Positions 1-12,779 of a stretch of 64,000 nt of DNA are shown piece by piece (position 1 is the first letter of the stretch; the number at the start of each line of letters is the position of its first letter). The position numbers and the translations under genes were made by a program. The DNA is from Chlorokybus atmophyticus (Eukaryota > Plantae > Mesostigma and Chlorokybus algae). Under the pieces are notes generated by a model. The model was not told the DNA's origin. It saw only the letters and a program-made list of their open reading frames with translations, and did no database searches. The stretch lies in the NCBI GenBank assembly GCA_009103225.1, contig RHPI01000773.1, forward strand, positions 334,003 to 398,002. The letters run 5' to 3'.

Positions 1-275
1 CATCACCGGCATGCCTTTCTTACCCCAGCAGGTGAATTCGACTAATGGCCATACACGCACAAATCTTGCCTAAACCATGTGTTGTGGTGTCAAAGGCATG
101 TACATGCAATGTGGTGTATGAAGATGTTTTCCCACTCCTGCATGCACTCCTACATCGCCAATGGTCACCTTCGTGGCAACTTACCATACTCACAGAATTG
201 AGAAAGCCGGCCAGCTGTGTGTGAGAAACACAACAAATACTCAATGCTGCCTTTCTTGCTGTTACCGCAGGCAAC

Positions 276-2512
276 ATGATTGTGCAATACGCTTGTGCAA
301 TTCTGCTTGCAAGTGTTCTGCCGCAACGAGTCTCCTGCAGCAATGCAAGGGATTCCGTGTGGACCAACAACTATGACAACACCGTGGAGAGGATACAGGC
401 GCAGATGAACGCCGGAAACCTGCAAGAGGTCACTCACAGCAGCATAGCGTCTGGAGGCACACTTTTGCAGGCGCAGGACATAGTGCAGGCCAACCAGATC
501 TGGCGACGCAAGATTGTTTCACCTTCTGGCGACAAGGAGGAGGAGGACCAATTTTCCAGCAGAGACTGCCTTCCCCTTGTTGTCCAGTCGAGACAGCGCA
601 AGAGCGCCCTGCTACAACGCCAACACCTGCGAGTCTCTTACTGCTTCAAAATCTGCGTGGTGAGCGCGAACACAAGACAGCTTAGCAGCTGAGGTACTGC
701 TTGTTTTGCTTGAAAGATCTGCATGCTTATGTAATGACTGATCTGCAAACTGTGCATGTCAGGATTTCCCTCAGTGTTTGCACACTACACCCTTGTACAG
801 GGACCAGACAAGCGGTCAGTACGTCACGGCTGTGCATTGCAACACGCAAGTGTACGACGGACAGAATGGCCCTGCCATTAGGCTGCAGGTTCGCACGGGG
901 GACCTGAACGCGCCGGCACCCGTGTGTCGCAACCTGGTGGACAACAACCTCATCGCCAGTGTTGCCACGCCAATACTGGCCACCACCACCACCCAGGACG
1001 GTACCACGCAGGAGCAATACTCTCTTTCTGTACCAACGGAGCTGTTGAGCAGCAGCGCTTTGCCGATGTTCTATACCCCCGACATCTTCACGCACAGAAG
1101 AAACTTACCTATGGCAGTGCAGCAGCAGACCGATGCCAACGCACGGGTCACCGCACACTTGACTGCTACCAATTTGCTGAACGCAACAGCAGCAACGCAG
1201 AATGACAGATCGCTTTCATGGGGAGTCAATGCCGCTTCTGCACTGGTGGATAACTTGTGGCTTACCGCTGCTCCGTCTGATGGCAGCAGGACTTGGTCGG
1301 CCTCAGCCGTGTTTGTGCATGGTACAAGTAGTGCCAACCCGACTCAAGTCGACAGCCAGAATTTCTACCCTACCGCACCAAACGAATTAAATGAACTCAA
1401 CGGAGGTTGCTCTTTCATCCTGCCCACCCTTGCTTCATACGCATCCTGCCTTCAACAGCTCCATTCCTTCAATCTGCCTTCTAACATCGACACGTCTCGA
1501 TGCGTGCAAGACCCAATTGCACACTATGTCAACTTCTCCAATATCTGCTATAGAGGTATTCAGGGCATGGACCCTTCAGGCACAATTTGTGACAAGTACA
1601 TCTTTTGGATCAACCAGCCGGATACGGCATGCTACGAATCCTCCTATATGTACCTGATGAGAGCGGGCTCCAATCCTCGCGCGCTGGGAACTACTAGCGC
1701 CACGTACGCATCGGCGGCCGAGCTGGTGCAGTCCGCGCAAGGTGAGCCGGACTCCATTAGTCTGGATGAAATGAAGCAGGACATCCAGTTCGTGCGGCTC
1801 TATGACATGAGCTATGCCATCTGGCCCTACAGCAACGGATGGACAGACCAGGAGGTGGATGCCATCATCAATAGCAGCATACAGGTGCAGCAGAGCACAC
1901 TCGAGGGATACTTCCAGACGGAAGCCACCAATAGTAATGTGTTCCAGTCCATTGCTCTAATCATACTGGCCGTACTAGGCGTTGTGATGTCAGACCCGGA
2001 TGTGATCGTCCGGTACAGCAAATGGTTCACAGCAAAGGTGCTGAAGCAGACTGACCTTAAGGGTCGACGAGCTCAATGGGTGGCAGGATTGATGCAGTTC
2101 TGCGTGGCTGGGGCCGTCCTGGCAGGTAAGTAGTAGATAGTAATAACCGTATCTTCAATGGACAGTGCTTTTATGAAGCAAACAGAGATACCGACACTGT
2201 TTCCTCCCTGATGCTGTTCTCTCTCTGTGTCTGGCAGGTCCAATTGCGGCTCTGGTTTTGGCAGCAGCACAGGGCGACGGCAACGTAAAAGAGTTGATTC
2301 TCAGCGCTGATTCAGCAACGCCGCTATACTTGCAAAACAGAGCACCTGGGGGATACGGATTGATCACCACAGTGCGGGTGGCGCAGTTTACCGAGGCTGT
2401 TGATTGGCAGATTGGCTTAGTCATCACCTTCACCGTGCTGGCCGCTTTCCCAAGCTGCATCCGTGCCTTCCGCGCAGCAGGACCCAATGCTCATGATTGG
2501 TTCTCCGTATGA
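276..2512 (+). CDS. Orphan membrane-anchored/secreted protein, about 670 aa, 3 exons (276-659, 763-2125, 2238-2512)
   Basis: ORFs 276..692, 778..2133 and 2258..2512 join in frame through GT-AG introns 660-762 (phase 0) and 2126-2237 (phase 1). Hydrophobic N-terminus, large Cys/Thr/Asn-rich domain, about 3 C-terminal hydrophobic helices. No family recognised; the start could lie further upstream. Confidence 0.65.
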
Positions 2513-4784
2513 AGATATGGAGAGGGGGAATTGTCACTGGTTGGTGCTGTAACTTTTCATCACAGGGATGCTTCCCACAAAACGCTGTGAGCACCTGAGC
2601 AGGACGTCTCGTATGATGATTGTGTAGGCTTTCAGGTTCCGGCAGGACACGTGCTGTGTGGGTAACTGATTACCATTGTGAACCGATGTATAATCAAGCA
2701 CACGTGTACCTGTTTATGTACACATAACCATGTACCTAACCACTATGCGTGACAAGATGTTGGCATGCATGCGGGCGCTCCAGGGCAACACCGCTACTGC
2801 TGGTAGGTGAGTGCTAGTGCATGGCAGCTATAGCTGGGTGCACTACGATTGAGCAAGTGCAAACACAGCTGACTGTGGTACTCCTTGGACTCGGCTTGTG
2901 GGCGTGTGCACACATGTACACATGTATGCACCTACGCTGGTAGAAGGCAGTCAGTGCTGTTGGGAAGTGAAGGTCTGCGTGCATTCTTTGTGTGCATGCA
3001 TGTGTGCGTGTGTCTTAGGGCCTTGGGTGATGGTTACATGCAAGTTGTGCTTATCACATGCAATGCTGTTCGGCAGTTGGACAGTGTTACACCAGATTGC
3101 CGTTACTGACGATTCCAATAGTCGTCAAACTCAATCCACTGAACAGATATCATAGACTTCGTCATTATGCACCCATTCGGCATGCACCCTCAGCAGCTAT
3201 GTCTTGTACGGTTTGTAACATACCAATAGCCGGGACACACGAGCAAGCAGATCATTTGCTCATTTTACGTGAGTCCGTCGCTTCATTGCATCTCCCTGTA
3301 CCAGCACCTTTGTTGAGCTGTGTTGGACATGGTTATGCATACCAACCGCAGCTGTTTGCTGAGCCTCTTGGATCAGGAGTATGCAACAAACTTATGTTCA
3401 ATCTCTGGTGCAATGTGCGAGCAAGTCCTTGGCTGTGCGCTCCTGCTCAATGTGCTGCTGGTAATAAGGCATTACAAGCTCCTTACCATAGCAAAGGATG
3501 CCCAAAAGGTGAGTACGCATAGCCGATCTCAACTGCAGTATGGTATGCTTGACCGTGCGTACTGCCAAATTTACTTTGTACAAGGAATCCGGTATTGCGG
3601 AGTAGTTCGGTCATCTTCTCTGCATTTCCGCCCACGTCGCTGCCACAAGTGGCGTCGCTGCCACAAGTGGCATCGCTTGCATGAGACGCATGGTCGCACG
3701 CACTCTAGAGGCACATGTGTGCGGCTTGCTGACATGGTGCAAAGCCTTAGTGGTACCAGCGAAGGCTTTGCCCATGTGACGGGGTGCACCATCATTACAT
3801 GATTGTTCCAGGCTGGGCGCCAGTAACACCGCGACCCCCGCAACCGGCGGACGCTGCACTGACTACCGTGTGCCAGGCGCTGTGGACGTGTTGGCATACG
3901 AGGGCAGGTCTGTTGGGTGATTCGGGGATGAGAGTGTACAGAAGTCCCCACCCCAAGCAACAGCAGTGTTCTGGATGTACAGGTAATCACAGGTGCATGC
4001 ATGTATGTTGCACGGGGTATGGGCAGCAGTGCAGATAGATAGTAGTAGCAATTAGGTGGAACATCACTGTGGTGACTATAAGGGTGCAGGTACGCATGTG
4101 TGTCTCTCACACACACACGCACACACATACACTTGTGCATACTGGTGCAATCTCAACTACTCTGCGTACACATACACAGGCAGGCCACGGTCATTGACTT
4201 CCCCTCCCACGCCCTCACTCTCCCCATGCCCTCCGCCGCCATCCTGTCTCGACACCGCGCTTCCTTGCCCTCCTCACAAACCCAACCCTCTCCTTCACAC
4301 AAACGCACTGCTAACAATAGCAGTGCGTTTGTGTGTTGCGTAGTGCCCTTCCAACAGTGAGGAGCACTGGCAGTGCCTGTGCTTTGCGCCCTCATGGTTG
4401 GCTGTGCGTGGATGGGAGTGAGTGTGTCGGTAAGCGTGACGGGATGTGTCATAAGGATGTGTGGACTAGCGCGCGAGTGTTGCATCAGCAGCGCAGACCA
4501 TGTACATGACATTCCCCTCTATTATCATTGGCGTGTATATATATATGGTAATGAACCTACCGATTTTTGCCATTGGTACATGCATGTGCCAGAGGCCACT
4601 CCTGCAACTTGCATGCGCGTGTGTTGCTTGACCAGCGGTGCCCACTCATACTTACCAGCTTGTGCTGCAAGCTTCCAGCCACCAAACCATCGACTTCCAT
4701 GCACCACATGACAGCCACAACGCATAAAACTGAAGACAACAATGGCCATGTTGGCTGGTGCAGCGACACGCAGCCGTCATTGCA

Positions 4785-7700
4785 CTATTCCTCATCAGGT
4801 AGAGCTTTGCCCAAGTCCCAGTAATGTCCAACATTCTTATCCGATAAGAACTTGTGGGCTGCAGCTTCAGTGCGCGGCGTCTGGATCTCAAATCGCTTGA
4901 AAGCGGGCTTTGTAACACTGCCTCGCCATACTAGTCGACACCTATTGCTACGCCTTTTCCTCGCGGCTTCCTCGTCCTCCTCTTCCTCAGCTCCCTCAGC
5001 GGTAGCAGTCCAGTCTATGCGCCGCAGCATCAGATTGGAGTACCGTTTCAGGCTTTTCGCTACACCCTCCACTACCACCAGGGTGAAAGACTCCGTGCAC
5101 ATGACCGCTGCGCCTGTCAACCTATTTTCTTGCGCATTCACGTCTACTTTGAACCGGTTCTGCGGCCGCGACAAGTCCTCTACTCGAAACACCGCCACCT
5201 TCGCACAGTGACAGCCTGCTGAGTTCACACCACACAACATGCACGGACGTTACAAGGCAGAAGCAACTTACCTGTGTATCATAAGTTTGCTCTCGTTCTC
5301 CAAACAGCTTCTTGTTTTTCTTCTCCTTTCGCTCAGCTGGAGTCAGCTTGCGCGCAAGATTCCGGTCGTGGTGCGCAGCTTCTCGCTCAGCCATCTGCTC
5401 GCGAACCTCCTTCTCCATCTTAGTGGGATCCTGATACACCAGCAGAAGGCCATAAGGACTGTATCTACACATGACTTGCAACAGTTGTTACTACTCACGA
5501 GCCCCAGCAATGCTTACCTGCACAGCATCTGTCCCCAACACTCGCATCAAGTTGGAGATCTTGACTTTTGCTTTGGGTGGCGGTAGCAGCCCTTGCCGGA
5601 TCATCTCCTGTTTTTCCTGCTCTCGAGCCAACCGCCTCTGCTTCCTCATCTTTTTGCGCTCTTTCTTAGTCAACATTAGCGGTTGCGGAGGGGGCGGTGC
5701 AGCTTCTGCAGGCGGCTCTATGGGTACAGGGTGCTCAACATAGATGGTGATCTGCAGCACAGTCAATGTGAGACAATGCAACCTGCGGCTAGATGATGCA
5801 GTGACATGTCACCTACCTTGTCCTTATTCAGCTCAAGCGGAGGCCCAGCGCCATCCTGTGTCCTGTCAGATTCTGACGGAATGTTCTCATACGTGCCAGA
5901 TGGCAGGAGTGCCACATCCCACCACTCCACATCTGGCACAGGTTCCCGCTCGCGCTTCTTTGGAGGTGCAACCTGGAAATGCGAGGAAGATAGACATGAA
6001 GCTTGCGCTACAACCACAAGCCAACCATAACAGCATTGCTTGCAACACGCCGCATACCTTGGACCCTAATTGAATCAGATTCGGATTGACGTCTTCTTCA
6101 TCGGCACCGTACCTCTTATCTGCAGCTTTGGCCAACTTCTCTTGGCGTGCTCGCTCATCACCAAATCGCGCTCGTAACCTCTGCAAACACAGTGTATCAA
6201 CGTGTGCAAGCTGCCGGCATCACTGCTCACCAGCACACAACACAACAGGAGCTTTTACAATGCACGCACCCGACCCGCACTTGCAACCAAGGCATACCAG
6301 TATACCTGTGCCTCAGCCTGCTTCTGAAAGGTGCCTTCCTCCACAAAGGTGAATGTTGAGCGCTTGGGTCGCAACAAGGCTTTCTTGTCGATGCCCATGC
6401 GCGGATCAAAGAAAGTGCTTGTGGTCAGCTCCTCCTCGCTGGGACGCTCAATCTTGAAGGCCTCCTTTTTGGCCTTGTTGATATTGACCTTCAGCGTGCT
6501 TACAGCTGCCACCTGTGATTACACGAGCTACTGTAAGCTTCTGCTCACAAGGGCGATGCATCAGCCTGGCATAAAAAGCCACAAGTAATGTACCTTGTGC
6601 TCAATAACGTTGCCCTGCTCATCTATCTCTCGCCCTTGTGCATCAACTCTCAGCACTGGAGGGCGGAACGGCTTCGCAGCCTTGGCAAGGTTGGGCTGCA
6701 TCGCTGCTATCGCCGCCATCATCTCCGGTGTCGGTTTGTACCCCCGCGCCATAGCAGCCATGATGGCCTAAGTCCAGATTTGATATGTCACCGAGCAATT
6801 GATGTACCAACCATGAGACGTAAGCACGCATTGGCCACCCAACGGCAGGATGTGTAATGAACATACCTGCAATTGAGCTGGTGGGATTGTTGGCGCAGCT
6901 GTTGCCGCTGCAGGTGTGCTTGCCACTGGAGGTGCAGCTGCTGCTGCGGGTGCGGGTGCAGCAGCAGGCTTCAATGCTACCCCACCTGCTTGCACTCTGG
7001 CCTTGAGAGCATTGGCTTTCTGTTGTTGCAACACACTAGTGAGCTGACCAGCTCTCAACCGACACCTATCATTCACTAGAGCAAGTCATGAGCACGAAGA
7101 CGACCATGCACGGCATGTGAACAACAGTGGAACAACTTTCATCGTCAGCTTCTTCTTGGATTTGTCGATGTATGCAACGCTCTGATAAAATCGTCATCCG
7201 GCTAGTCCCTTCACAACACAACTTGCCCCAGGACACGAAAACAACACAGACAGCTGTATGTGGAATAAAACAGTGTCTGCAACGCGCACATTTCCAACCA
7301 CACCATCCGCTCAATGTATGCTTCAAGAGACCACTGTTGTTGATATGCAACTGTCTCATAACACTAGCTGCGTATGGTGGTGCCGCTGCTGTGCATCCCA
7401 CAAACAAACCGCAGCTCTTGGCAACATGATGCAGTGTTACTCTACGGGCGCAAGCAATTGCGCATGGCATAAACACGGATAGGGGGCAGCACATACGATA
7501 CGATACGATAACCAGCCCTCAACCATCATGACGGTACATGCGAGGTGCATGCGCACAAACGGTAAAATTGGCCAAACTGCATGCATATGTCACCATTAAT
7601 CACCTGCAAGGCCGCTTTGGCCTTGGCGAGCAGCGCTGTCTTGTCCACCAAAGGGGCGGCGGGGGCGGCCACCGGAGCGGCGGTGGCCGCCCCATTGGTC

Positions 7701-7819
7701 GCAGCAGGCGCGGCGGAATCAGCAGCAGGCTCGTCCCATTTTCGCCGTTTTCTCAACCCTCCGTCGCCTGTCCCTGAGTCCTCAGCTTTCCGCTTGTCAA
7801 CATCCGCCGCCCCGGCCAT
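4785..7819 (-). CDS. PRPF3: U4/U6 snRNP protein Prp3, multi-exon
   Basis: Exons carry Prp3 motifs VEHPVPIEPPAE, LTKKERKKMRKQRR, PPPKAKVKISNLMRVLG, QDPTKMEKEVREQMAER and the C-terminal VAVFRVEDLSRPQNRFKVDVNAQENRLTG...HYWDLG. ATG at 7819, TAG at 4785-4787, GT-AG introns. Confidence 0.93.
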
Positions 7820-8202
7820 GACGTCGGCTACGTCCACGGCGATGCCGCCAACTACGCTCGCCCAGTCTCTACGAGACCCTAACCCTAGTTCCAGTCCGGC
7901 TCAGCAGAGCCTATTTGTTATTAAACCAGATCGTAAGACGGTTAGCTTTGCCTTAACAATTAACGGCAATTCACGTCTGTGGTTAAGCACGGGTTGTTGA
8001 GGCGGCGGCGGCGGTGGCGGCGGCGCCAAGCGAAAAGGCGGCGGAGGAGAAGGCGGTGTGCATTGACACGGCTAGGGTAGGTCTAGCGGGACTCTTAGTT
8101 GTGTGATTGTGGGCTATTAGAACTAGCACCTTAGAGCTCGCACTCAACCCTAGGAGACGAGAGCTTTCCCGCCCAAACAAGCCGCCGCAGCAGCAGGCAA
8201 AG
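7820..8202. promoter_or_regulatory. Putative bidirectional promoter/5'UTRs between Prp3 and CCT2
   Basis: 383 bp between divergent ATGs. Telo-box-like ACCCTAACCCTAG at 7876-7888, related CTAGGGT at about 8072 and AACCCTAG at about 8146, and a GGC-repeat tract at 8000-8045. Confidence 0.45.
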
Positions 8203-11200
8203 ATGAACTTTGGTGGACGCCCAGGCGCCTCCATCTTTAAGAAGGAGGCGCAGGAGGAGAAGGGTGACAATGCGCGGCTGTCGAACTTCGTCGGCGCCAT
8301 GGCCATTGCGGATCTCGTGAAGTCCACGCTTGGACCTAAGGTACAGGCATCGTGTTCATTCTGCGTGCGTGTGTGTGTGTGCGTACGCATTTTGAACGAT
8401 GCGTCAATCACGTAATGACTGTTGGAGAGATTATCATTGTGTTAATGCGTCAAGCTACTTTAAGCGATCGCTTGAAGCAGCGTGCATGGTAACCATGCGG
8501 TGGTCATGCCAGTTCTCAAGCGCATGCTGTCGTTTACTCGTTGCGCACAATGTCATCTTCGTCAGCCTCACATGAAGCGATACAATGCGTTGCCACTAGA
8601 GCAAATTATGACCAGCACAATTTAGATCAGTCGATGACAGCATGCATTGACAACATCTCAGTGTCACCCGCTTGCTTTGTGCATGCGGCTATACCGGCCA
8701 AGCATTGTTGTTGGACTCTTGATATCTGCGCCAATGCCGTTAGGAGAGGTGCATGTACATGAGTACGCAGTGTACAGTATGGGGCATGCTGGCATCGCAA
8801 CTGAGTGGACCTCATACTTGTACTGCATGTACATGAGTATGCAGTGTACAGTATGGGGCATGCTGGCATCGCAACTGAGTGGACCTCATACTTGTACTGC
8901 AGGGCATGGACAAGATCTTGCAGTCTACCGGCCGTGGGCAGGATGTAACCGTCACCAATGATGGAGCAACCATTTTAAAATCAGTGTTCATTGACAACCC
9001 TGCAGCCAAGGCAAGCGTGCATGTTTGTGCATGCATGCATGTTTGTGTTGTGATGTGGGTGTTGGAGCCTTGGTGTCTTGCCAAGAATGTCATAGGGGGG
9101 TTGTTGCAACTGCACTCGCATTTGTCGGCTGCCTGTAGGTATTGGTGGACATCAGTAAAGCTCAGGATGACGAGGTTGGAGACGGTACAACCAGTGTTGT
9201 TGTGCTTGCTGGCGAGCTTTTGCGTGAGGCCGAGCGTCTGTTGTCCCTGAAGCTGCACCCTATGACGGTTATTGCCGGGTTTAGATTAGCTGCGGATACG
9301 GCCAGGGCAACGCTGGAGAAGCATGCTATGGATAACTCTGCAGACGAGGAAAGGTCAGTTGAGTGACACTGTGGGAGGTGGGGTCCACCGTCCAATGTAT
9401 TAACACTCATCATCAATGCAGATTTCGTGCAGACCTTATCAACATAGCTAAGACTACCCTTAGCTCCAAAATCCTTTCGCAAGCGAAGGAGCATTTTGCC
9501 AAACTGGCTGTTGATGCAGGTATGCTCTTGGTTTATAACTTCTACAACAAGACGTTTTACACTCTGCATGCTGTCGAGTTGGGAGATGTTGCAGTAAGAA
9601 GTGCACTGTGTGTGTGACAAGCCGGTTGCATGTTGTTACTTACACAACACATCGGCTCATCTGCTGGCAGTTTTGAGGTTGAAGGGTAGCGGCAACCTTG
9701 AGGCCATTCAGATCATCAAAAAGCCTGGTGGCGCCTTGGAAGAGAGTTTTCTTGACGAGGGCTTCATCCTGGACAAGAGGATAGGAGTTGGCCAGCCCAA
9801 GAGGTGAGAGCTGCAAGCAGTGTAAGCAATGTTTTGAGTGCAGGATGCATGATTGGTCACGTTTGTGGTTTGTGTTTTACAGGATAGAGAACGCCAAGAT
9901 ACTTGTTTCAAACACTCCTATGGATACAGATAAAGTCAAGATCTATGGTGCACGTGTTCGTGTGGACTCCATGGCCAAGGTTCAATTGTCACCACAAACA
10001 AGCAGTGTAATACAGGAATGGTTGATCGGCTGACTTTGATGCGGGTGTAGGTTGCAGAGATTGAGGCAGCTGAAAAGGGCAAGATGAAGGAGAAGGTGGA
10101 CAAGATTATTGCTCATGGAATCAACTGCTTCGTCAACAGACAGCTCATCTACAACTACCCAGAAGAGGTTTGACATGGTGTACCAGCAACAGCACAACCT
10201 ACACGACGTATTGCCTTGCACACAACATGCTTAGTTTCACGTTAGCTTTCAGGTTGTCACCAGTTAGAAAGCTGCACTTGTTGATGTCATCCTGCTACGC
10301 TGCTAGTCATGCCACAGTTAAGGCACGTGCTGAGTTGTATGCACGTGCTTGCAGTTGTTTTCAGATGCTGGGGTCATGGCCATTGAGCATGCGGATTTTG
10401 ATGGAATTGAGCGTCTCGCACTCGTGACAGGTACAAGCCGCGAGCAGCAGGGTTTTGTGTTGTCCCGTGTTTGTCTTCGTTTTGTATCGATTTTGTTTGT
10501 AGTTGTGAGTTCGAGACCAACACACCCGTTAAAATGTGTTGCAACTTGCTGCAGGCGGTGACATTACGTCAACGTTTGACGATCCAGCCAATGTCAACCT
10601 TGGAGAGTGCAAGCTGATAGAGGAGGTATATTTAGTTTGCATCATGTGAGAGCAGTGCTGTTCAATTCGCTCATGTTGCATTGACCTGCGTTGGCAGATT
10701 ATGATCGGCGAGGACAGGATGTTACATTTTAGCGGTGTAAAGCTCGGAGAAGCCTGCACCATTGTCTTGCGGGGGGCTTCCAGCCATGTGCTGGGCGAAG
10801 CAGAGAGGTCATTGCACGATGCACTGTGCGTTTTGACAGCTGCCGTCAAGGATGCGCGCATCCTGTGGGGTGGAGGATGGCCAGGTTTGGACTTCTTCTT
10901 GTGTTTTGTATGTATGCCGTGCTCACTGCTGCAGAAAACCATTTTTTACTTTTGTCACTGCCTGTATTACACACTTGCACCGCTGAGCATGCATCTCTAC
11001 TGGCTACATGGCAGAAATGCTTATGGCTCGCGAAGTTGAAGCTCTGGCCGGCAAGACCCCGGGAAAGCGTGCTCTTGCAGTGGAGGGCTTTGCTCGTGCA
11101 CTGCGTGGCATTCCAACAGCCATTGCAGATAATGCCGGTTTGGATTCAGCCGATCTCATCACACAGGTATGTGCTTTCATATGCAACCACCGGTGTTGGA

Positions 11201-11447
11201 CATATTTGGACAAGCCAAGGGGCTTACGGTGCATGGTACGCAGTTGCGCGCTGCTCACTCGCAAGATGGCTCTACGGCTGGAATTGATGTGCTGACCGGA
11301 ATGGTTGGCGATATGCGAGAGCGAGGCATCACCGAGGCGTTCCGCGTTAAGCAAGCCGTGCTGCTGTCAGCTACAGAAGCGGCTGAGATGATCGTGCGCG
11401 TTGATGAGATTATTAAGTGTGCGCCACGCAGGAGAGACATGGAGTAG
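8203..11447 (+). CDS. CCT2: T-complex protein 1 subunit beta (CCT2), multi-exon
   Basis: Motifs [16 protein letters not shown]|[94 protein letters not shown] 8203, TAG 11445-11447. One GC-AG intron at 9011-9138. Confidence 0.97.
8750..8900 (+). repeat. 74-nt tandem duplication at the 3' end of CCT2 intron 1
   Basis: TGCATGTACATGAGTA(C/T)GCAG...CTTGTAC occurs at 8750 and again at 8824 with one mismatch. Only the distal copy ends in the acceptor TGCAG (AG at 8901-8902). Confidence 0.9.
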
Positions 11448-12779
11448 CTTGTGCAAGTTGTATTACAAGTTGTATTACAAGGGGCTTGAGATTGTCGCAA
11501 CTTCTGCCTACGTGCGTGCGTGCCTCCTGCTTTGCCAGGATATCATGAATTCTGCATGCATGAGTACGAGGGTTTGTGCGTGTCTTCATCTTTGTGCAAT
11601 ACATGGCACAAATGCAGCTGGCCGACGAAGTTGGTGAGTGCAAGGTATGCCCAATGTCTCAGTTGGTTCATCAGAGTATTTTGCCATGTCCTAGTTAGTG
11701 CTGATTTGGGTGTACCTCACAGCATGTAAGGACAGACAGTTGTTGCATGCAGCTTGTCAACAGGTTGTTTACTGTGATGGTAGGTTGCATCGCCACCGCC
11801 TTTATGACTAGCTGCCAATTCATGCGCTTCTTGCAAAGGCCAAGCACAGTAGTTCCAGCACTGCAAATTATGAATGTCTAGTGCAACGTGTTCGTAAGCA
11901 ACATGCGGCATTTATTATGCAGAGAGCGAGAGATTGGTGGAGTAGATGGCGTTAGAAGCAAAGAGGTGTGTACGTAAGTCTTAGGAAATGCAGCATGCAC
12001 TGTGTAGTTGCTTCAATTTGGGTACATGCAAACTGCTATTGTTTATGCGTAAAGTTTGCTAATCACCTGGCCAGCCTCATTGAATAGGTAGCATGTTCTT
12101 GTGATCATGTTAATCGTAAGCATGGCGCTATCACCACCCCCCGCGATTATGATGCATCCGGGGTCTTCCGACCTTGTTGAGGATGTGGCCTTGTTGTTCC
12201 GCAACACAGCCCTATGGGCAGGTAACACCATGTCAACATGCATAGGCTTTCCAATCACACAGGTGCAAGTATACAAGCACACAACCAAGCACACCAGCAC
12301 AACAAACAAAGGCACTTCAATTACTTGCGCCATGGCCTACATAAGCTGTGTGCTGTTAGTAAGTGCGGGTGATGTGGGCGGGGGCGGGGTCAGCAGCAGC
12401 AGGGCAGGGGATAGCAAGAAGTGCAAGCAAGCAGACCTGTGCGCACGGATGGCAGGGTCAGGCCTTGTGTGCCTCTACATTCGACATTTATTGCAACAGG
12501 AGCAGCAAGGGGGCGGAGGTGTGGCGGAGGAGAGTGCTGTATTAAGACCCGCCAGGGCTGTTGTGAGTCTTGCGTGGCATGGCTGTAGGCCATTATGGTT
12601 GCCGTTGCCCTACAAGTAGTTATTGATAGCAAGGCATTTGTTAGCTCAGTTAGCAGCAGCAGCAGCAAACCTAGTCAATAACAGCAGCTTGGTTGTAGGT
12701 TAGTCATGTCTACGCACTGTAGATGACAAAGATCCTGTGCGGGTAGACACCCTGCTCCCCACACGTTGCATAACCACGT

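Noticed and set aside
12101-12619. 172-aa plus-strand ORF as a gene
   Set aside because: No recognisable motifs or splice support, low-complexity composition, and it lies next to the PLE remnant.
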